A stretch of 64,000 nucleotides of DNA from Octopus vulgaris (taxonomy: Eukaryota): NCBI GenBank assembly GCA_951406725.2, contig OX597814.1, positions 24,490,001 through 24,554,000 of the forward strand. Reading direction: 5' to 3'. Each line of letters starts with the position of its first letter. The stretch's first letter is position 1. The notes beneath the pieces were generated by a model, which saw only the letters and a list, made by a program, of their open reading frames with translations, was not told the origin of the DNA and did no database searches. The position numbers were made by a program, and so were the translations under genes. Shown here in pieces: positions 12,845 through 25,110 of the stretch.

Positions 12845-12845
<1 letters not shown>
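12385..12845 (+). mobile_element. Two family B SINE copies separated by (ATT)n
   Basis: Family B central motif at ~12440 and ~12740; long (ATT)n at 12550-12635. Confidence 0.75.
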
Positions 12846-12885
<40 letters not shown>

Positions 12886-12886
<1 letters not shown>

Positions 12887-14145
12887 TTTATTTTCTTTGC
12901 ACAGCTTCTAACGTTGGAGATGTACTATGGTATCAGCTGTTCACTACCAGTGAACTAAGGTAACACCCCTTATTTTGTGAGCACCTTCTGGAGTATTCGA
13001 GCAGTTCCAAGCAGTGCTGTTTTCTGCAAGTGCTCCACCCTTATTTCAGCCCCTATTTGTTCCATGTACTTCTCAAGATTTTCACTCACTGTTCCCAAAG
13101 CTTCGACAATTATTGGTACTACTGCTACCTTTTTCATCGACCACAACTTCTTAACCTCCCAAGCTAACCTGTCATATCTATCGACTTTTCTTTCTTCCTT
13201 ATCGCATACCTTGTTGTCAGCTGGGCATGCTATATCTATGATCCAGCATAGTTTGTTTTCTTTCCCAATTAAGACTATGTCTGGCTTCCTATTCTGTATC
13301 TCATGGTTGCATTGAATCATAAAATCCCATAGGTTCTTTGCATTTTCATTTTCAACTAGGCCTTCAGGTTTGTGGTCATATCAATTTTTTGCTCTGTCAA
13401 GTTCATACTTGTTGCAAAGTGTCCAATGGACAAGCCTTGCTATATTGTCGTGGCATCTCTTATATTCCTTCTGGGATAGTAGTATACATTGGCTGGTAAT
13501 ATGCCATGTGGTTTCACCATTTCGTCCACAGATTCTGCACTTATCACTTTCTGATGTGTTGTCTATTCTGTATTTTATGTAGTTGTTCTTAGCGCTTGCT
13601 CTTGGGCAGCACAGATTAGAGCCTTCATTTCCGGTTTTAAATCACTTTTAGTCATCCACAGCCATCTTTTCTCTCTGTCTGTCTTATCTTCAACATCCTT
13701 ATGAAATTGTCCATGCATTCTTTTCTTTACCCACCTATTTTTAGTTTCATTCGTTTTCAGTTGCTTGTACAGTGCTTTATCTTTGCAATTTTTCATCCTA
13801 CACAAGCCTGACCTTACTTCTAATGATAGTGGTGCTGTGGTATTTTGTACATACCATGCTATGTTGTTTTCTTCTGCTCTAATGCTGTGTTCACATCCAA
13901 TAAGTCCTCTTCTCCCTCTTTTTCTTGGTACATACAGTCTGGCTGTGTCACTTTTTGGGTAGAGTGTCCCATATCTAGTTAGCAACTTCCTTGTCTTTCT
14001 GGCTAAGCTGTTTAGCTTGTCTATTGCCCATGCGATTACCCCTGCTCCATATCTAAGGATTGAAACCGCCTAGTTGTTGATAGCTTCAATCTTATTCCGT
14101 CCATTTAATTTCAATTTAAGGATCAGTCTCAGTCTGTGCAAGTAC
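12886..14145 (-). mobile_element. R4/Dong-clade RLE LINE, non-inverted 3' part (CCHC finger, restriction-like endonuclease, 3' UTR, (TAA)n)
   Basis: KLNGRNKIEAIN, RLYVPRKRGRRGL, MHGQF, CAAQEQALRT, CRIC...HITSQC, RKPDIVLI...IIDIACP...KVDRY; ends in an (ATT)n tract. Confidence 0.9.
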
Positions 14146-15407
14146 CCTGCAAAGAAAGCAAAGATGGTAAGATACGACCAAAGAATGAAGGGTTACCACC
14201 AGAATAGGTTGTTCAGAATAGATCAGAAGAGATTCTATAAAGAAATAAATGGAGAGTGTACAGATGAAAGGTTGATACCAGATAACAATGAAAGTCAAAG
14301 GTTTTGGAGTGACATTTGGAGTAAAGAAAAGGAGCACAAGAAAGATGCTGAATGGTTGCAAGAACTGAAACAAACAGTAGTCTGTCCAAAACAGGTAGAA
14401 CTAGTCATTTCAGTTAGGAAAGTGAAGGTAATCAGCAAAAAAATGAGCAACTGGAAGGCCCAGGGACCAGATAAAGTTCAAGGCTACTGGATCAAAAGAT
14501 TTGGTGAATGTCATGCACAAATAGTTGTGCAACTCAACACCTTGTTAAATGCTGGCCAAGTTACAACAGAATGGTTGACAATGGATAGGACAGTGCTGTG
14601 CTTATAAAACACAAAACATCGAAAAAGGCAATATGGTAGACAATTACAGGCTGATATCCTGTTTGCCACTTATGTGGAAATTATTGAGTGGAATACTCGC
14701 AGAGTCAATGTACGAAAATGGAGTCCTGCCACCTGAGCAGAAGGGTTGCAAGTGTAAGCACAGAGATACCAACGATCGACTCCTGATAGACAAAACTGTA
14801 CTTAGAGATTGCAAGAGGAGGAAAAGTAACTTAGCCATGTCATGGATTGACTATCATAAGGTGTACGATATCATCCTACACTCTTGGATAATGGAATGTA
14901 TGAACCTATTTAGTATTTCATCGAATGTTGAGCGATTGCTTAGAAAATGTATGGCATATTGGAGGACGGACATGACACCATACAGAAGTTTAGGGACAGT
15001 AGAAATCAGGAGGGGCATCTTCCAAGGGGATTGCCTGTCCTCACTGACCTTTGTATTGTGCTTGTTACCACTAACACTGATTCTGAGGAAAGCAAAAGCA
15101 GGGTATGTAATCAAAAGTCACCAACAAGTCAACCATTTGTTATTCATGGATGACCTCAAACTTTATGGTAACGATGAAGCCCAAGTCAGTTCCCTTGTTG
15201 ATACGGTGTATAATTTCAGTGCTGATATCAGAATGGAATTCAGACTGAGAAAATGTGGTGTATTAGTCTTGAAGAGAGGCAAAATCAAATGTATGGACTG
15301 GCTGGGGGAGGTTATGAAGCAGATACAAGAGATGGACTATAAGTACTTGAGGCTTTGGAAATGGATAAATTGATGGAGAAAGAAATGACAGAAAAATTTA
15401 TGGCGGA
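14146..15407 (+). mobile_element. Inverted 5' part of the same R4/Dong LINE (RT domain)
   Basis: [62 protein letters not shown]; ends at the codon where the minus-strand part begins. Confidence 0.9.
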
Positions 15408-15439
15408 TTATTATTATTACTATCATCATCATCACTATT

Positions 15440-15600
15440 AGGCGATGAGCTTGTCCGTCTTTACATTCTGACTTCAAATTTCGCAGAAGTCAACTTTCTC
15501 TTTCATCCTCTCAGGATCAATCAAATGAGTACCAGTCAAATACTGGAGTTGAAATAATCAACTATCCCCCTCCCCCAAAATTCCAGGCCTTATGCCTATA
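15440..15600 (+). mobile_element. Family B SINE, degenerate
   Basis: tttcatcctctcaggatcaatcaaatgagtaccag. Confidence 0.7.
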
Positions 15601-15621
15601 GTTATTATTATTATCATTATG

Positions 15622-15885
15622 AGGACACACAGCCTAGTGGTTGGGGTATTGGGCTCATGATCATGAGATCGTAGTTTCAGTTCCAAGACCAGGTGGTGCA
15701 TTATGTTCTTGAGTAAAACACTTCATCTCACAATGCTCTGCAATCACTTCAGCACCTGACATGTGGTATACTGTGCACCTGTTCAGGCAATGTCAATTTA
15801 ATGGAGGAAGGGAGCTAATGTACAGCACACACATTTCATCATTATAAACAAATCATTTGTGTAGGTCTTTTGGCATGGAGAGTCC
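15622..15885 (+). mobile_element. tRNA-derived CORE-like SINE, family D
   Basis: agcctagtggtt A-box-like motif, gttcttgagtaaaacactt CORE-like; head related to 45282-45595. Confidence 0.6.
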
Positions 15886-15946
15886 ATCATCATTGTCATC
15901 ATCATCATTATTATTATTATTATCATCATCGTCATTATTATTATTA

Positions 15947-16970
15947 TAGAAGAAGTTCCAGGTATTGAAATAAGGTCTAGATTCAAAGAGCCTTAGAGTT
16001 AACCTAGCAAAAGCCAAAGTCATAGTGAGTAGGAAGGTAGACAATTCACAGATCCCCTCAGGTAGATGGCCCTGCTCAGTCTGTAGAAAAGGTGTAGGTA
16101 GAATCTCCATACGATGCAACCACTGTAAGCTTTCAACACACAAAAGGTGCAGCAACATCAAAGAAAGGTTAAGCGAGAAATTAGCTTTTGTATGTAGAAG
16201 GTACATAGGCATAATAAATGCTGAACATGTGTGGAAAATAGACTCCATCAACTGCCAGTGGGGCAAGCTAGAGGTAGTAGATAGCTTCCATTATCTAGGT
16301 GACCATGTTAGTAGTAGAGGTAGGTGTTCCGAGAGTGTAGCTGTGAGAATAAGATCAGGCTGGGCAACAAAGGGCCTCTCTCTCAGAGAGAAAGGCAGAT
16401 TGTTTGATGCCTGTGTGCAAACAGCTAGGCTGCATGGCAGTAAAACATGGGCTATAACAGCTGAGGACATGCGTAGGCTTGAGAGAAATGAAGCCAGTAT
16501 GCTTTGCTGGATGTGCAATGCTAGTGTACATGTTTGACAGAGTATAAGCATTTTGAGAGAAAAGTTAAGCATAAGAGGAATCACATATGTGTTCTAGAGA
16601 GAGGTGAATGTGCTGGTATGGTTCCTTTCAAGCGTTGGGCCTCATGGAGGCGAGGTGGCTGAGTTCCATTTGAGTGTTGGACCTCATGGTGGCAATGACC
16701 AAGACCTTTGACGTTATGTCGTGCTTGAGAAGAAGACCCATCAAGCAGTCATGACAGATACCAGTGTCATGCAAACGGCACCTATGCCAGTGGCATGTAA
16801 GAGCACCCATTACACTCTCAGAGTGGTCGGCATTAGGAAGGGCATCCAGCCGTAGAAAACCATTCCAAATCAGACCGGATCCTGGTACAGCCTTCCAGCA
16901 TATCAGCTCAGTCAAACTGCCAACCCATGCCAGCATGAACAACAGACGTTAATTGATGATGATGATGATT
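15947..16970 (+). mobile_element. Truncated RTE LINE with PHD-like finger and (GAT)n tail
   Basis: ORF 16025-16537 WPCSVCRKGVGRISIRCNHCKLSTHKRC...LEVVDSFHYLG; family C tail at 16790-16970. Confidence 0.88.
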
Positions 16971-16977
16971 ACATCTC

Positions 16978-17505
16978 AGGTGGTAAGCTGGCAGAAATGT
17001 TTGTGAAATGATTTGCAGCATTTCATCCATCTTTGCATACTTAGTTCAAATTCCAATGAGGTTGACTTTGCCTTTCATCCTTTCGGGGTCGATAAAATAA
17101 GTACCAGTTGTGCACTGGGGTCAATGTAGCTTACTTAACTCTTGCCCCAAAATTGCTGGCCTTGTACCAAAAATTTGAATTCAAATTCTGCCAACATCAA
17201 CTTTGCTTTTCATCCTTTTGGGATCGATAAATTAAGTAATAGCGAAACACTGGGGTTGATGTAATTGACTATACCACTCACCCAAAATTTCAGGCCTTGT
17301 GCCTATAATAGAAATTATTATTATTTTTATCCTTAAGGTGGTGAGCAGGCAGAATTGATAGCATTCTGGATGAAATGTTTAGTGGTATTTTGCCTCACAA
17401 CATTCTGGGTTCAAATTCTGCTGAGGTCATCTTTGCCTTTCATCTGTTCAGGGTCAATAAAATAAGTACCAGCAGAGCACTGGTCGATGTAATCACCTTA
17501 CCTCC
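16978..17505 (+). mobile_element. Cluster of three family B SINEs
   Basis: Central motif repeated at ~17070, ~17205 and ~17435. Confidence 0.8.
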
Positions 17506-17639
17506 TCAAGAATACTTGTTTACAACTATCATATGATGTCAAGATATGGGTACACACAAACATACCTACACACTCACACATACACGCACACACACACAAA
17601 CACACACACACACACATGTATATATATATATATATATAA

Positions 17640-17790
17640 CAGGCTTCTTCCAGTTTCCTTCTGCCATATCAGTTCACAAGACTTTGATCTATCTAGGGCT
17701 CTAATAAGCGACACTTGCTTAAGCTGCTGCACAGTGGGATTGAACCTAAGGCCACATGGTTTGGAAGCAAGCTTCTTAACCACACATCCA
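17640..17790 (-). mobile_element. Family A SINE head
   Basis: gacacttgcttaagctgctgcacagtgggattgaacc. Confidence 0.65.
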
Positions 17791-18199
17791 CATATTAGAA
17801 TGTAGAAGAAATACTTTAACAATCTGGAAAGTCAAACACCTAATTTGTAAGATGGAGGGATACACTTGGAATATTATAGATATAACTGAAACATGATGGA
17901 CAACATGTGGATAATTTACGAGAGATAATGGATATAAAATTAGGATTAGCATGAAGGAAATCAAACATAAAAATGGGTGTAGTTTTCATGGTGCATAAAA
18001 ATATCTTAAATTCAGTAATATATTGTGTTCTGGTTTTTAACAAAAAAATGCACAACACGACCAGCACCCGAGCTATACAGTATGTTAATCATCCAAATTT
18101 ATGCTCCAACAAACGATTACAACGAGGAAGAAGTGGAAAAAGTTTTGACAAAATCTATGTGAAATAACTTGGGAAGAAAACATAAAAAGAAACATACAT

Positions 18200-18552
<353 letters not shown>

Positions 18553-19039
18553 TTTATGTAATTTTATAGTAACTGGAATGCAAAGATTGGATCAGATGCT
18601 CATGATACTTGGGAAAGAACAGTTGGTAAATATGGCCTGGAAAAAAAAGAACAAACAACCAAGAGAAAGGTTATTAGAATTTGCAAAATGGTATAATATA
18701 AAAAATATATAAAGTACATCATCATAAAACATTAAGAACAATAAGATCGCATTAACCTGGAGGGATATATAATAACTAGATTGATTTTTATTCTCATCTC
18801 CAGATATATCAATTGAGTATAAATGGTGCTAAAAATTTGAGTTTTTCCAAGTATAGATATTTAGGCAGAAACTTTTAATAATGACATGACAATAACAATT
18901 AAGTTCAGATCAGTCAAGATGAGTAAAAAATGCAAAAATGCCAAAAGAAAAATTGAAGGTGATCTTGAAAAATTTAATGACCTGAACATAATGGCAGAAT
19001 ATAAATCAGTGATAGGAGGAAAATAATTCACATTAGTAT

Positions 19040-19390
19040 GATCAACATTATCGTCGTAGACATCACCATCACCTCCACCACCACCACCATCAACATTTTC
19101 ATCATTGTCATACCCATCACATCACCATAATCATCGACATTATCATCATCATCATCATAGTTGTCACCATCACCTCCACCACCACCACCATCAACATTTT
19201 CATCAGTGTCATAGCTATCCCATCACTATCATCATCGACATTATCATCATCGTAGTCATCACCATCACCTCCACCACCACCACCACCACCACTACCACCA
19301 CTGCAACCATCACCACCACTGACATTATCATCATCATTGTCATGACTGTCATTATCATTGTCATCATCATTATGATCATCATCAGATGCA
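19040..19390. repeat. (ATC)/(ACC) low-complexity repeat
   Basis: Seen directly. Confidence 0.95.
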
Positions 19391-19834
19391 TATAATAGAG
19401 AATTAAGATGATTCTTGGAAGAAATAATAACACAAACAGCTGACAGAATTCTTGGTAAAAGGAGGGAAGTTAAGAATCTTGGGATATAAATAACAATGTT
19501 TTAATCAGTTATGATGAAGGAAGAGATCTGGATCAGAAACAATATGGAAACAAAACAGCAGAAATAGATTACCGATTGGCACGTGGCAGAAGAAAAATGA
19601 AAATTAAGGTAGCAAAAAAATACATGGATTGACAAAAGATGTGAAGAACTAGAAGGATGTTATAGAGCGACTAACTTAAAAATGCACAGTAAATGGTTAA
19701 AGATCTAACCAAAGAATGGGTGCCTAAATGTCAAGTTGTTGAAAATAAATAATAAATTGAAAGCAGTTGAAGTAATTGATAGATGGAGAGAACATTGTGA
19801 TGAACTTTACAGTGAGAAAGTAGAGAGGTATAGT

Positions 19835-20230
19835 ATAATCAACATCAGCATCATCATCATCAGCAGCAGCAGCATCATCATCATCATCATCAGCTGCAGT
19901 AGCATCAGCATTTGCATCGTCGTCATCATCATCGTCATCATCATCATTCTCATAACTATCTTCGTCAGTATTATCATAATCATCATCATCGTCATCATTC
20001 TCATAACTATCTTCGTCAGTATTATCATAATCATAATCTTCATCAGTATTATCGTAATCGTCATCATCAGCATCATCATCATTCTCATAACTATCTTCGT
20101 CAGTATTATCATAATCATCATCATCATCATCGTCATCATTCTCATAACTATCTTCGTCAGTATTATCATAATCATCATCATCATAATCATCGTCGTTATT
20201 GTCGTCGTCTTCATTACCATCTTCATCGTT
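19835..20230. repeat. (ATC)n array with a higher-order repeat unit
   Basis: cattctcataactatcttcgtcagtattatcataatc occurs four times. Confidence 0.9.
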
Positions 20231-20514
20231 ACCTCTTTTAGTCTACTTTTCTATGCTTCCATAGGTCAAGTGGATTTCATTGAGGTAGATTTTCAACAGT
20301 TGGGTGCTCTTTATGTCACTAACCCTCACCTATGATGATGATGATAGATAGCTCGACAGATAGATATATATATATAGATACATACATATATGCATATTCT
20401 ATATATATATCTATTTATCTATCATTCTACCTATCTGTCTCTCTCTCCACCTATCTATCAATCGATCTATACAAACATACATATATATATACATACACAA
20501 ATACATATGTACAA

Positions 20515-20675
20515 CAGGCTTCTCCTTAGCTTCCACCTGTCAAATTCACTCAAAAGGCTTTGTCAGCCCGAGATTGTCCCATAGAATTCTTGCATAAGTT
20601 GCTGCACAGTGAAACTGAACCCAAAACCTTGAGGATGCAGAGCGAACTTCTTAACTAAGCAACCATGCCTGCGCT
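20515..20675 (-). mobile_element. Family A SINE head, degenerate
   Basis: caggcttctccttagcttccacctgtcaaattcactcaaaaggctt. Confidence 0.6.
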
Positions 20676-21665
20676 ACCAGTTAATATATACAGCAAGAGC
20701 TGGAAATCACTTCAGAAGAAGCTACCAAAGCAATTAGGAAACTATATGTCATAAATCACCAGAAAAAGATAACAAAAATACTGAACTATTAAAGCAAAGT
20801 TGTGAATATATCGCTGAGATTCTTGGCAAAATTTGTAATAGTGTTTTAAATGCTAGAGAATGGCCTGCTAAATGGACAGAATCAATTGTTAGACCACTGC
20901 CAAAGAAGAGAAATATTAAAAAAATACAAAAACAATAGTGCAATTAGTTTAATTAGCTATCCAAGCAAGCTTTTCCATTATGTTTAGCTTGCTTGAATGA
21001 ATCCAACAATAAATATAGTATTTAGGTGAAACACTAATAGTTTCTGAAATGGGAAAAACTCTATTGTGTAGCATTAATCAAAAAATACTTAGAACACTCA
21101 TCAAACTTTTATTGCGATTTTATTGACATTGCAAAAGCTTTTGACTGAGTGCAAATATTTTAAAGTCCTTATATGAACATGCAAAAAATCTGATTATGAT
21201 TGGAAATTGACCAAGTAACTGACTTTAAAAATCAGTTTGGTGTCAGGCAAAAGATTTTAGAATGCATAACAATTAAAGCCTTGAGTATTTTGAAGGAGAG
21301 GTAAAGTTAGTTGGAAGGTCAGTAATAAATGTTTTGCCAATGTTATTTGTTTAATAGAACATAATAAAGAAAAACATTGATTTAACAATATTTTTTGATA
21401 TAAATGGAAGAAGATATGGAATGGAAATAAGTGGTGCAAAAGCAAAGTAGTTACAATTAGTCTTTAGTGGGTTGTCACCAATGTAACAGGAAGCAGTATA
21501 ACATGTGCATTGTCATTAATTTAATGTGAGTGTTCTGTGACAGTGTGCGTAAAGAAAGTCAGAAGGTAGGGTATATATAACATTAAAATTTATTTTTGAA
21601 GAGTAACAAGTACTCACAAGAAGCAATAAGCATTAATTTTTAGTTTGTGAGTGAATGTTAATGTA

Positions 21666-21864
21666 GGCATAAGAGTGGCTGTGTGGTAAGTAGCTTGCTT
21701 ACCAACTGCATGGTTCTGGGTTCAGTCCCACTGTGTGGCACCTTGGGCAAGTGCCTACTACTATAGCCTCAGGCTGACCAAAGCCTTGTGAGTGGATTTG
21801 GTAGAAGAAAACTGAAAGAAGCTCGTATATATATATATATCATCATATATATATATATATATAA

Positions 21865-21921
<57 letters not shown>

Positions 21922-21925
21922 ATAA

Positions 21926-22009
<84 letters not shown>

Positions 22010-22250
22010 ATAAATATATATATATATATATATGTTTGTGTGTGTTTGTGTGTTTGTCCCCCCAACATCGCTTGACAACTGATGCTGGTGTGTTTACATC
22101 CCCGTAACTTAGTGGTTCGGCAAAAGAGACCAATGGAATGAGTACTAGGCTTACAAAGAATAAGTCTTGGGGTCAATTTGCTCAACTAAAGGTGGTGCTC
22201 CAGCATGGCCACAGCCAAATAACTGAAACACGTAAAAGAGTAATAGAGTA
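21666..22250 (+). mobile_element. Full-length family A SINE with expanded internal microsatellite
   Basis: Head, CORE-like region and tail match 128-522. Confidence 0.88.
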
Positions 22251-22717
22251 ATTGGTGTAGCAAGACACGAATGAATTTTGCATGGCTTACGATGCTTTTC
22301 ATTTGAGTAGTTTATATACCACAGAATGAAAATAGATATAAGTGAAATAAGTTGCGTGGCATCGGCAGTGAACACTGTAATTGTCACTTGGCAGAAAGGG
22401 TGATGTTGTTCTAAGGCCATCAATGCTGCAACTCACTAAGCTGGTGGTGAACATAGAAGATGTGCCTTGTTGAAGAAAGTGATGTTGCTTCCTCGCTATC
22501 AAATCCGCAACTGGTTTAGCTATTTGTATTGCTGGGTGGAAGTTGCTGCATGTATCCTTCCACAACCAGCTCTGATTGGATGAAGTGGCCATAGCATCAC
22601 TGTGCTATGTCACCATGACAAAATAGTTCTTTTCTGTCTCAATACAAGTCTAATCCAATTGAAATATCAGGAATGATGCTTAAACAGGTTGGTGAATTTA
22701 AATACTTAGGAAAGGAT

Positions 22718-23090
22718 ACTCTTTTACTCTTTTCAGTCATTTGACTGCGGCCATGCTGGAGCACCACCTTTAGTCGAGCAAATCAACCCCAGGACTTATT
22801 CTTATCGGTCTCTTTTGCCGAACCGCTAAGTTTCGGGGACACACCAGCATTGGTTGTCAAGTGATGTTGGGGCGACAAACACAGACACACAAACATACAC
22901 ACACACATATATATATATACATGTATAGGATGGGCTTCTTTCAGTTTCCGTCTACCAAATCCACTCACAAGGCTTTGGTCGGCCCGAGGCTATAGTAGAA
23001 GGCACTTGCCCAAGGTGCCACGCAGTGGGACTGAACCCGGAACCATGTGGCTGGAAAGCAAGCTACTTACCACACAGCTACTCTTGCACC
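22718..23090 (-). mobile_element. Full-length family A SINE
   Basis: Reverse-complement match to 128-522. Confidence 0.88.
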
Positions 23091-23894
23091 TATGATAACA
23101 AAAGACGTGAGAACGAGTGTGCAGCTTGGATGCTAGATAATGAAAGTGAAAATGAGAAACTTCATAGCTTTTGAAATGAAACTTTTAAAGAAAGATATTT
23201 CATTTTGCACACACAGAACATTACACTAATGAGTACTAGAGAAGAAACTGTTTGGAAAACTGCAAACTATGGAACTTTTATTTCTTCTGTAAAAAATAAG
23301 GTAAAGGTGAAGTGACATTGTCACGACACACAACACCATAATATCCTGTCTCTTGTGAATATGGTCATTCATTGACAAAACCCCCGGTAAAAGAATAGGA
23401 AGACCATATACATAGCAAAACATCATTACCTTGACTCTTGCCTACTATTAAAAGGCAGTAGCTATTCACCTAGAATACTGAGAGTTCAGTGATCAATAAT
23501 ATAACCATCTCACTTAAATGATAAGACCAAAGATGAAAATCTCTATCTTATCTAAATGAAGTAGTTATTGGTTTTAGCTTCTGGGTGAAATAACTAATAC
23601 TTCACCTAGAAAATATGACAGAGTTTTAAAAACATTCATGAACCAGACAATTTATTGCTCAAAAATTAAACACGGAGAACTATTAAATAAGCACAAAGAC
23701 TGTACTAAAAAAGATAGATAGAAACAGTCGTGCTTTCATTATAACATGTTTAAAAAGACAGCTGTTCTTCACATATATATATGAATATATATTACATTTT
23801 TATAGTACTTGTTTGGTTAGTGGCTTGATTTAAGATTGTGCTGAAACTAAGACAATTGATATAGCTGTATTGGTTGATTAAAGTTCCAGTATAT

Positions 23895-24140
23895 TTATTT
23901 ATTTTTAATTTTTTTATTGCCCACAGGGTGCTACAATTAGAGGGGACAAAGAAGGACAGACAAAGCGATTAAGTCGATTACATCGACCCCAGTGCAAAAT
24001 TGGTACTTATTTAATCGACCCCGAAAGGATGAGAGGCAAAGTCGACCTGGGCGGAATTTGAACTCAGAACATAATGGCAGACGAAATACCACTAAGCATT
24101 TTGCCCGGCGTGTTAACATTTCTGCCAGCTCTCCACCTTA
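23895..24140 (-). mobile_element. Young family B SINE with probable ~14-bp TSD
   Basis: aagttccagtatat at 23881 and aagttcctgtatat at 24141 flank it. Confidence 0.85.
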
Positions 24141-24505
24141 AGTTCCTGTATATAATTAGGTTCTTTTATGTTTCATTTCTATCATTTATACTCCAGCTGT
24201 GCAATTGATAAAAGACACTGATGTAAAAAGTAAGTAAATAAGTAAATGAAGATGAGCTCAGAAAATGCTTTTTTAATGCCTATTGATACTGACATTAACT
24301 TTATTGATTAATCAAAGTTTTAGTCACTAAAATGATGTAAGATAGTCCACCTTCTGATAAACCTGAAACATTAAATAGTAGGGTAAGTGTTGAAGACAAG
24401 TATTTCAGGGTACGATTAGCATTAGCTAAATTGCTATAGTATTTTCAGTGAAAAAGTGGCAAAGAAATAGGCTATAAGGTTTACCAGAGATAAATTATTC
24501 TTTTA

Positions 24506-24843
24506 CGGAGATGTACTTGCATAGCGAGTGACTTGATCTGAGATTGTGTGCTGGAACGAAAACAATTGCAGCATGGAAGGTGTTTATAAGCCATTTAAGA
24601 AACACACAAAACCGTTAGATTCACTTCAACATTTAAGTTTAAATTGTCAAAATATTTTCATCGCTTTGAGACCGCGACCTGTTCACTGACAAAACATTGT
24701 GCTGCATCTTGATGTTTTGTCAGTGAACAGGTCAGGGTCTCAAAGCAACGAAAATATTTTGACAAATTAAACTTAAATATTGAAGTGAATCTAACGGTTT
24801 TATGTGTTTCTTAATTGGCTTATAAACACCTTCCATGCTGCAA
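24506..24843. mobile_element. Palindromic element (arms 24566-24697 and 24712-24843) carrying a hammerhead-like motif
   Basis: About 132-bp arms, highly complementary, with a 14-nt loop. Confidence 0.85.
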
Positions 24844-24934
24844 ATTATTCTTTGTTATTTGTTAAAATGACCAGCAGCATAATATGATCATTGGGTTAAG
24901 TCTAGTGGTACTTTTTAATATATTCTTTTCTATT

Positions 24935-25110
24935 CTAGGCACAAGGCCCAAAATTTTGGGGGAGGTGGCCAACTGGTAATTAATTTATTGACCCTGAAAG
25001 GATGAAAAGCAAAATCTATGTTGATGGAATTTGACCTCAGAACATGAGGACAGACAAAATACCGCTAAATATTTTGCCCAGTGTGCTAACATTTCTGCCA
25101 GCTCGCCGTT
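24935..25110 (-). mobile_element. Family B SINE, degenerate
   Basis: gaccctgaaaggatgaaaagc...ctgccagctcgccg. Confidence 0.75.

Larger units (their letters stand above)
18565..23400 (+). mobile_element. Old, highly degraded RTE-like LINE (APE and RT) interrupted by microsatellites and SINEs
   Basis: [25 protein letters not shown] (~18570-18690), IDRWREHCDELY (~19780), WPAKWTESIVRPLPKK and ISLISYPSK (~20860-20970), FIDIAKAFD (~21120), LKQVGEFKYLG (~22680). Confidence 0.65.
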
